Virus record (IMG/VR): IMGVR_UViG_3300037692_000185
Span: 1 to 46,204 of that record
Strand: one strand, 5' to 3'
DNA length: 46,204 nt
From: a virus
Lineage: Duplodnaviria > Caudoviricetes
In this document: piece after piece, positions 41,059 through 46,204 of the stretch
How positions within the stretch are numbered: the stretch's first letter is position 1
How the letters are laid out: each line of letters begins with the position of its first letter
Translations under genes and position numbers: made by a program
The notes under the pieces: generated by a model
Seen by the model: the letters and a program-made list of their open reading frames with translations, nothing else
Databases searched by the model: none
Told to the model about the DNA's origin: nothing

Positions 41059-42695
41059 ACTACCAGGACCTCCCGCTCGACCGGCTCGTGCCGTCGCCAC
41101 TCAACCCGCGCAAGCACTTCGACGAGGGCAAGCTCCGCGAGCTCGCGCAGAGCATCACCGGGGCGGGCATGATCGAGCCGGTCATCGTGCGGCCGAACGG
41201 GTCGCCCGGCACCTTCGAGATTGTCGCGGGGGCCCGCCGCTACCGCGCCGCGCAGCTGGCGCAGCTCGAGACCGTGCCGGCGATCGTCCGTGAGCTCACC
41301 GACGCCCAGGTCCTCGAGATCATGGTCGTCGAGAACAACCAGCGCGAGGACGTCAACCCCCTCGAAGAGGGTGACGGGTTCGCGCGCCTGCTGAAGCTCG
41401 GCTACGACCTCGACCGGCTCGCCGAGCGGATCGGGCGGTCGAAGAAGTACATCTACGACCGCATCAAGCTCCTCGAGCTGGAGCCAACCGCACGGCGGTT
41501 GTTGCTCGACGGCCGGATGTCGGCCGGGCATGGCATCCTGCTCGCCCGCTTGAAGCCCGAGGACCAGGAGCGCGCGCTCGACCCGCACAATGGCGGCGTC
41601 TTTCGACGCGAGAAAGCGTACGAGGACCTCACAGACGACGACGAGGACGCCTACACCGGCGTCGTCGCGGGGTCGGTGCGGGAGTTTCAGAGTTGGCTCG
41701 CCAGCCACGTGCGGTTCGATGTGGCGCACGCCGCCAAGGCCGCCCCGCTCGACTTCGGCGACGTCGCCGAGCGCGTCGGGGCCGCCGCGGCGAAGCCTGG
41801 GCGCGGGAAGAAGGTCATCCCGATCACGTTCAGCCACGTCGCGCCGGAAGACACGCGTGACGATACCGAGCGCACCTACGGGTCGTCCGCGTTCCGGCTC
41901 GCCGACGGCCAGATGCACGGGGCACGGTATCGCGACGGGGCCGCCGTGGCGCCCGTCTGTGACTATTCCGTCCTGGGCGTGGTCGTCGCCGGCGATCGCT
42001 ACGGCCAGGCGTTCGAGGTCTGCATCGCGCGGGATCGGTGCGAGGTGCACTGGAAGAAGGAGATCGCTCAGAAGCGGAAGACGCAGAAGCTCCGCGAGAG
42101 CGGAAAGGTGGTCGAGGCCGACAAGGCGGAGAAGCGGCAGCAGGAGACCTACGAGTCCAGGTGGAAGCGCGAGAACGAGGAGCGCAAGCGTAGCGAGCGC
42201 GCGTGGGATGCGGTTCGTGACCGCGCCGTGACGCGGTTGGCTGAGGCGCTGAGTAAGGCCGGGGCGACGCCGATGATCGTCGAGGCGGCCTTTAAGGCGG
42301 CCATTCCACACCAGGATGCCGCCGATGCGAAGCTGTTGGCGAAACTCCTCGGGCCGGTGACCGGCAAGAACGTCGTCGTCGCGATTCTGTTCGCGGCCAT
42401 CCTCGACGACGCGGCCCGAGAGATTGGCGGGTTCTCGAAGATCGCTAAGGTTTACGGGGTCGACCTCACCGACCTGCGCAAGGAATACGAGGCCGCGCTG
42501 ACGCCGCCGGCGAAGGCGCCAGCTGCCATGATGGCAACACCGAAGAAAGCAAGAAAGACGCGCGCCGTGCGCCGGCAGCCGGGCGAGAGCAATGTCGAGC
42601 GCCTCAAGACCGAGATCGCGGCACGGGAGGCAAAGGCGCGCGGAAGGAAGCCCACGGGTAAGCCGCAGACGTCTGCACGAAAGAAGAAGCGGTGA
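41055..42695 (+). CDS. parB: ParB/RepB/Spo0J family protein with long C-terminal extension
   Basis: NPRKHFD, ELAQSI...GMIEPVIVRP, IVAGARRYRAA, ENNQREDVNPLEE, HTH LAERIGRSKKYIYDRIKLL. Confidence 0.93.
   Translation: MNYQDLPLDRLVPSPLNPRKHFDEGKLRELAQSITGAGMIEPVIVRPNGSPGTFEIVAGARRYRAAQLAQLETVPAIVRELTDAQVLEIMVVENNQREDVNPLEEGDGFARLLKLGYDLDRLAERIGRSKKYIYDRIKLLELEPTARRLLLDGRMSAGHGILLARLKPEDQERALDPHNGGVFRREKAYEDLTDDDEDAYTGVVAGSVREFQSWLASHVRFDVAHAAKAAPLDFGDVAERVGAAAAKPGRGKKVIPITFSHVAPEDTRDDTERTYGSSAFRLADGQMHGARYRDGAAVAPVCDYSVLGVVVAGDRYGQAFEVCIARDRCEVHWKKEIAQKRKTQKLRESGKVVEADKAEKRQQETYESRWKRENEERKRSERAWDAVRDRAVTRLAEALSKAGATPMIVEAAFKAAIPHQDAADAKLLAKLLGPVTGKNVVVAILFAAILDDAAREIGGFSKIAKVYGVDLTDLRKEYEAALTPPAKAPAAMMATPKKARKTRAVRRQPGESNVERLKTEIAAREAKARGRKPTGKPQTSARKKKR
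42663..42678. repeat. Palindrome copy 6, degenerate (ccGCAGACGTCTGCAC, 14/16)
   Basis: Inside the last codons of the ParB-family gene (PQTSAR). Confidence 0.85.
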
Positions 42696-42738
42696 CGACT
42701 CTGGCTGCCCGAGTTCTTCGGGCTCCGGTGGGCCGCTG

Positions 42739-43773
42739 ATGGGCGACAAGACCGGCATCGAGTGGACCGACGCGACCTGGAACCCCGTCAGCGGGTGCTC
42801 CAAGGTGAGCCCGGGCTGCGCGCACTGTTACGCCGAGACCGTGGCGGACCGGTTCTGGGCGACGCAGTACCCGACCTTCCGAGTATCGCCTGGTGAAGAT
42901 GGCGAAGGGATGTGCGGCCCTGATTACTCCGAGCGTCCGCGTCGATTCACCGACGTCATGTGCCACACAGACCGGCTCGACCAGCCGCTCCGCTGGAAGA
43001 AGCCGCGGCGGGTGTTCGTCAACTCGATGAGCGACCTGTTTCACGAGGACGTGCCGGACGCCTTCATCGACAAGGTGTTCGCCGTGATGGCGCTCGCGCC
43101 GCAGCACACGTTCCAGGTACTCACGAAGCGCGCGGAGCGGATGCGGGCCTACTGCTTGACGCTCGGGCGGTATCACGAGATCGACCGCGTCTCGTTGGCT
43201 GCGAAGGCGATGCAACCCGACGGTAGTGGCTTCATGTGGACGCTCGGCAGCAACGGCTGGCACATCGACAATGTCTGGCTGGGCGTGAGCGTCGAGAACC
43301 AGCGCTGGGCCGACGCGCGGATCCCGCTGTTGCTCCAGACGCCGGCGGCGATCCGGTTCATCAGCGCCGAGCCGCTGCTCGGGCCGATGGATCTGGGGAA
43401 CCTGCGAGGCGGGACGTTTGATGCTATGACCGGGTGCGGTGACCGCGAACGACTGACGACGTGGGAGGATACGCCCCGCCTTGATTGGGTGATCGTGGGC
43501 GGCGAGAGCGGCCCTGGCGCGCGGCCGTGCCGTGTGCAGTGGGTCCGGGACATCGTCGCGCAGTGTCGTGCCGCCAGCGTGCCGGTGTTCGTGAAGCAGC
43601 TCGGGGCGAAACCGGAAGGCGATCCGCGGCCGCCGGAGCGCCGCGACCCGGTGACGGGCGCCCGCATCCTCACGGTGATGCAGGCCATCGAGATCCGCGA
43701 TCGCAAGGGCGGCGATCCCTCCGAGTGGCCCGAAGATCTCCGCGTGCGTGAGTACCCCGAGGTGCGCGCATGA
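42739..43773 (+). CDS. Phage Gp37/Gp68 (DUF5131) family protein
   Basis: IEWTDATWNP..GC.KVSPGCAHCYA, VFVNSMSDLFH, FQVLTKR, WVIVGGESG, VFVKQLG. Confidence 0.95.
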   Translation: MGDKTGIEWTDATWNPVSGCSKVSPGCAHCYAETVADRFWATQYPTFRVSPGEDGEGMCGPDYSERPRRFTDVMCHTDRLDQPLRWKKPRRVFVNSMSDLFHEDVPDAFIDKVFAVMALAPQHTFQVLTKRAERMRAYCLTLGRYHEIDRVSLAAKAMQPDGSGFMWTLGSNGWHIDNVWLGVSVENQRWADARIPLLLQTPAAIRFISAEPLLGPMDLGNLRGGTFDAMTGCGDRERLTTWEDTPRLDWVIVGGESGPGARPCRVQWVRDIVAQCRAASVPVFVKQLGAKPEGDPRPPERRDPVTGARILTVMQAIEIRDRKGGDPSEWPEDLRVREYPEVRA

Positions 43774-44408
43774 GCGACTGGATCATGACGGCGTCCGGGC
43801 GCCGGTTCTGGCCGCTCGCGCCATGCGTCGAGGACGTCTCGATCGTCGACATCGCCCATCACCTCGGACACCTCTGTCGGTTCACGGGCGCGGTGCGGAC
43901 GTTCTACTCGGTCGCCCAGCACAGCGTCCTCGTGTCGTTCGCGCTCGCCATCGACCACCGAGAGTCCGGCTCCTGCGGGAGCATGACCGTCGAGACGGCT
44001 GGACTCTACGGGCTCTTGCACGACGCGTCGGAAGCCTACCTGATGGATGTGCCGCGGCCGCTGAAGCGAGACCCGCAGTTCGCTCCGTATCGCGAGGCGG
44101 AGGCGCGCCTGCAGGCGGTGATCTATCGGGCGTTCGATCTTGACCCGGCGGGTGAGCCGGCGGTGCTGAAGGCGATCGATCGGCGGGCGCTCCGCACTGA
44201 GCAGCGCGATTTGATGCCTGACCCTGGCGAGGGTGAGCGGCGCGACGACGTGGTGCCCTTCCGCACGTCGCTCCGGGAGCCAGACTACCCATCCATCGCT
44301 CGCTTGAAGTTCCTGGCGCGCTTCATAGAGTTGACCGGCTGGCAGCCGCCGACGGTCGCTGATGCCCTCGCCGTTTCCGCCGCACGGCGACCTGTAGGAG
44401 GCCGCTGA
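43770..44408 (+). CDS. HD-domain phosphohydrolase (YfbR/YfdR-like 5'-deoxynucleotidase)
   Basis: DIAHHL...CRF.G, YSVAQHS, LLHDASEAY..D.PRPLK, D...L.TE.RDL. Confidence 0.9.
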   Translation: MSDWIMTASGRRFWPLAPCVEDVSIVDIAHHLGHLCRFTGAVRTFYSVAQHSVLVSFALAIDHRESGSCGSMTVETAGLYGLLHDASEAYLMDVPRPLKRDPQFAPYREAEARLQAVIYRAFDLDPAGEPAVLKAIDRRALRTEQRDLMPDPGEGERRDDVVPFRTSLREPDYPSIARLKFLARFIELTGWQPPTVADALAVSAARRPVGGR

Positions 44409-44587
44409 TGGCGTGGCCGACCCGTACCTACTGGTCACGCGACCAGGCGCGCCAGATGGGACGTAGAGGCGGCAAAGCGCCGCGGCAAGGGAAGACCCGC
44501 GGTGAGGAATACAAGCGCGGCTACCAAGCCGGCTGGCGGGCCTGCGAACGGTTCTGGCGGCAGCGAACAGATGGGGCGGTGTCGTAG
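44408..44587 (+). CDS. 59-aa basic protein with KGG-like motif (not in the ORF track)
   Basis: MAWPTRTYWSRDQARQMGRRGGKA...EYKRGYQAGW; SD AGGAGG and TGATG coupling; stop 1 nt before the next ATG. Confidence 0.65.
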   Translation: MAWPTRTYWSRDQARQMGRRGGKAPRQGKTRGEEYKRGYQAGWRACERFWRQRTDGAVS

Positions 44588-44588
44588 G

Positions 44589-45575
44589 ATGCCTTGGGGT
44601 CGGTTGGATGATCGGGCGAACGCGAACGCGAAGCTCCTCGCGCTCTCGGATGCGGCGTGGCGGATGTGGGGTTGTGGCTTGATCTACTGCCAGTTCAACC
44701 TGACCAACGGGCTCATCCCTGACCATGCGATCCACACGTTCGGGGTGCGCGCCCGCAACAAGGAGGCTGTGGCTGAGGAGCTCTGCGCGGTCATGGTGCC
44801 AGGTAAGGGGCCATGTTGGCACCGCGTCGATGGCGGCTACCAGGTCCACGACTACCTGGATTGGAACGACTCCAGGGAGGACATCGAGCAGGACCGTGCG
44901 GCGGGCCGTGCGCGTTTGGAACGCTTCCGGAAACGCAAACTAACACGCATTTCAAACGCATTACATGGTCCGTTACAAACGGAGCACGATACGCGTTCTG
45001 AACAGGTGTCCACGACCACTACCACAGAAGATCGTTCTGGAAGACCAGAACGATCTCGACGCACGCGCGCGCGTGTGTTCGTCGGATCCCGGCTGAAAGT
45101 CTCGGCGGCGCAGCACCAGGTGCTACTGGACGAGCTCGGCTCTCAGGCAGCATGTATCGACTGGCCGGCACAATACGCCGTCTGGGATGCCGAGTTGGTT
45201 GAGACCGGCGAAGAGTTTGACACGCTGCCCTTTATCAAGACGAAGGCTGCGGATGTCGTGCAGGGGCTGCGGCGCGGCGGGCCCGCGCGCGCCAGTGACG
45301 AGGCCGCCGATCGTCTGTGCGAAGAGCAGCGGGTGCGTCGAGAGCAGGCCGAGGCCCGCGCGACCGCCACTGCCGCCGATGTATTCCACGCGCTGACAGC
45401 AGAGGAGCAGCTGGCGCTCATCGCTGAGTGCCGGAAGGACTTCCGTGACCGGTTCCCCTACGCGGCGGAACCCGACTGGATTGCCCTCGCGAAAGCCGAA
45501 ATCCGCGCGAACCTGCGGGGACCTGAATCGGACGCGCTCGCGCACGTCCGGTCGTGGCTGAAGGTGTCGGCATGA
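44589..45575 (+). CDS. Putative replication initiator (replisome organizer type)
   Basis: MPWGRLDD...KLLALSDAA...YQVHDYLDWN...RARLERFRKR N-terminal pattern; central repeat- and hairpin-rich linker. Confidence 0.7.
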   Translation: MPWGRLDDRANANAKLLALSDAAWRMWGCGLIYCQFNLTNGLIPDHAIHTFGVRARNKEAVAEELCAVMVPGKGPCWHRVDGGYQVHDYLDWNDSREDIEQDRAAGRARLERFRKRKLTRISNALHGPLQTEHDTRSEQVSTTTTTEDRSGRPERSRRTRARVFVGSRLKVSAAQHQVLLDELGSQAACIDWPAQYAVWDAELVETGEEFDTLPFIKTKAADVVQGLRRGGPARASDEAADRLCEEQRVRREQAEARATATAADVFHALTAEEQLALIAECRKDFRDRFPYAAEPDWIALAKAEIRANLRGPESDALAHVRSWLKVSA

Positions 45576-45877
45576 CAGACGGCGTGACGGCTCGCCGCGT
45601 GTGTGTCGATGACACGCCCGAGAGTGCGTTCATCCGCGAGATGAAGGCGGCCCTCGCCCAGCGCGGCGAGGCGGTCACTGCCGGTGACCGGCTGGCGGTG
45701 GAGCGTGAGATGGTCGCCATCATGCGGCGATATATGGGCCCGGGCGCGTGTGAAGACGCGCAACGTCGAGACCAGCCGATGCGCCGGCATCTGGCGCGCG
45801 TCTCCTTGGTGGCGCGCAGGTATCGCGGCGGCGACTACGACGGCAAGCTCGCGGCCGCTGGCCGTGACGACGAGTGA
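45572..45877 (+). CDS. Hypothetical protein
   Basis: ATGA-coupled; ends DGKLAAAGRDDE. Confidence 0.6.
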   Translation: MTDGVTARRVCVDDTPESAFIREMKAALAQRGEAVTAGDRLAVEREMVAIMRRYMGPGACEDAQRRDQPMRRHLARVSLVARRYRGGDYDGKLAAAGRDDE

Positions 45878-45891
45878 AGGGAGCGGGACAA

Positions 45892-46101
45892 ATGGTGGAG
45901 CCTGGCGTCGTCGAGGCGTTGATGGACATTGCGGCGCGCGACCTCGAGACGGCGATCGACCGGCTCGAGCGCGGGGAGGCCACGCGCCAGGACGAGCTGT
46001 TCGTTGCCCGGGTCGCCAGGAGTGTCCTGTCGCTGGCCGGGCAAGAGGGGCGCCGCGGCGCGGCTGTGCTGCTCGCGTGTCCCCGGGTGCCGTTGAACTG
46101 A
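45892..46101 (+). CDS. Hypothetical protein
   Basis: Last ORF before the cos-like region; start 45874 or 45892. Confidence 0.45.
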   Translation: MVEPGVVEALMDIAARDLETAIDRLERGEATRQDELFVARVARSVLSLAGQEGRRGAAVLLACPRVPLN

Positions 46102-46110
46102 TCGGCGGGA

Positions 46111-46126
46111 GGTTCCACGTGGCACA
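46111..46126. promoter_or_regulatory. Near-canonical bacterial parS-like site GGTTCCACGTGGCACA
   Basis: 14/16 match to TGTTCCACGTGGAACA, intergenic. Confidence 0.5.
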
Positions 46127-46160
46127 CAACGGGGCGTGCGCGGGTCGGGGGGGTGTGGTT

Positions 46161-46204
46161 AGGTTCTTCCAGCGACTCTCGACAGCGGGTGAGCGCGGCG
46201 CAAA
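46161..46204 (+). other. Putative cos region (cosQ/cosN-like)
   Basis: AGGTTCTTCCAGCGACTCTCGACAG resembles the lambda right end GGGTCCTTTCCGGTGATCCGACAG; the terminase is gpA type; the site is directly upstream of terS across the junction. Confidence 0.55.

Larger units (their letters stand above)
1..46204. mobile_element. Complete temperate lambda-like tailed phage genome (excised/circular form)
   Basis: Packaging, head, tail, lysis, integration, immunity and replication modules are all present in canonical order. Positions 1-8 equal 46197-46204 (GGCGCAAA). No host housekeeping genes seen. Confidence 0.93.

Noticed and set aside
3669-42678. Repeated palindrome read as a CRISPR array
   Set aside because: Copies are kilobases apart, only 16 bp long, with no spacer periodicity and no cas genes.
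40968-44849. Long antisense ORFs (40968-42803, 43173-44849; likewise 4028-5209, 16694-18127, 29471-30754)
   Set aside because: Shadow frames of real genes in high-GC DNA, with no motifs or SD.
1-46204. Frequent GCGATCGC (HIP1-like) octamers
   Set aside because: Explained by Ala-Ile-Ala codons in GC-rich genes; enrichment was not computed.

Overview
The window looks like a complete, GC-rich temperate tailed-phage genome of about 46.2 kb with a lambda-like siphovirus layout. The first 8 nt (GGCGCAAA) repeat the last 8 nt, and the junction sits next to a lambda cos-like motif just upstream of the small terminase gene. Gene order on the + strand: terS; a 3 kb cassette inserted between terS and terL (GapR/DUF2312-like, AAA+ ATPase, PD-(D/E)XK nuclease-like, ASCH); gpA-type terL; gpW; portal; prohead protease; major capsid; head and tail genes with a -1 frameshifted chaperone, tape measure and an S74-chaperone tail fibre; a lysis cassette with a GH108 endolysin; and a second structural/secreted module. 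A leftward block follows (accessory genes, large serine integrase, lipoprotein, repressor), then a cI/cro/cII-like switch and an early operon (ParB-family, Gp37/68, HD hydrolase, replication initiator). The most striking unexplained signal is a 16-bp perfect palindrome, GTGCAGACGTCTGCAC, present as 4 exact and 2 degenerate copies spread round the genome. Copies flank the integrase, cover its putative -35 element, and sit in the 3' end of a ParB gene that has no ParA partner and carries a KorB-like GARRYR motif. This suggests a phage-encoded ParB/operator (KorB-like) system. Other notable signals: a probable attP inside the integrase 3' end that would swap its -RAA C-terminus, a hydrophobic membrane-like leader on the major capsid protein, a near-canonical host-type parS beside cos, and two interrupted genes. 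All product calls come from motif recognition by eye; no database searches were run.
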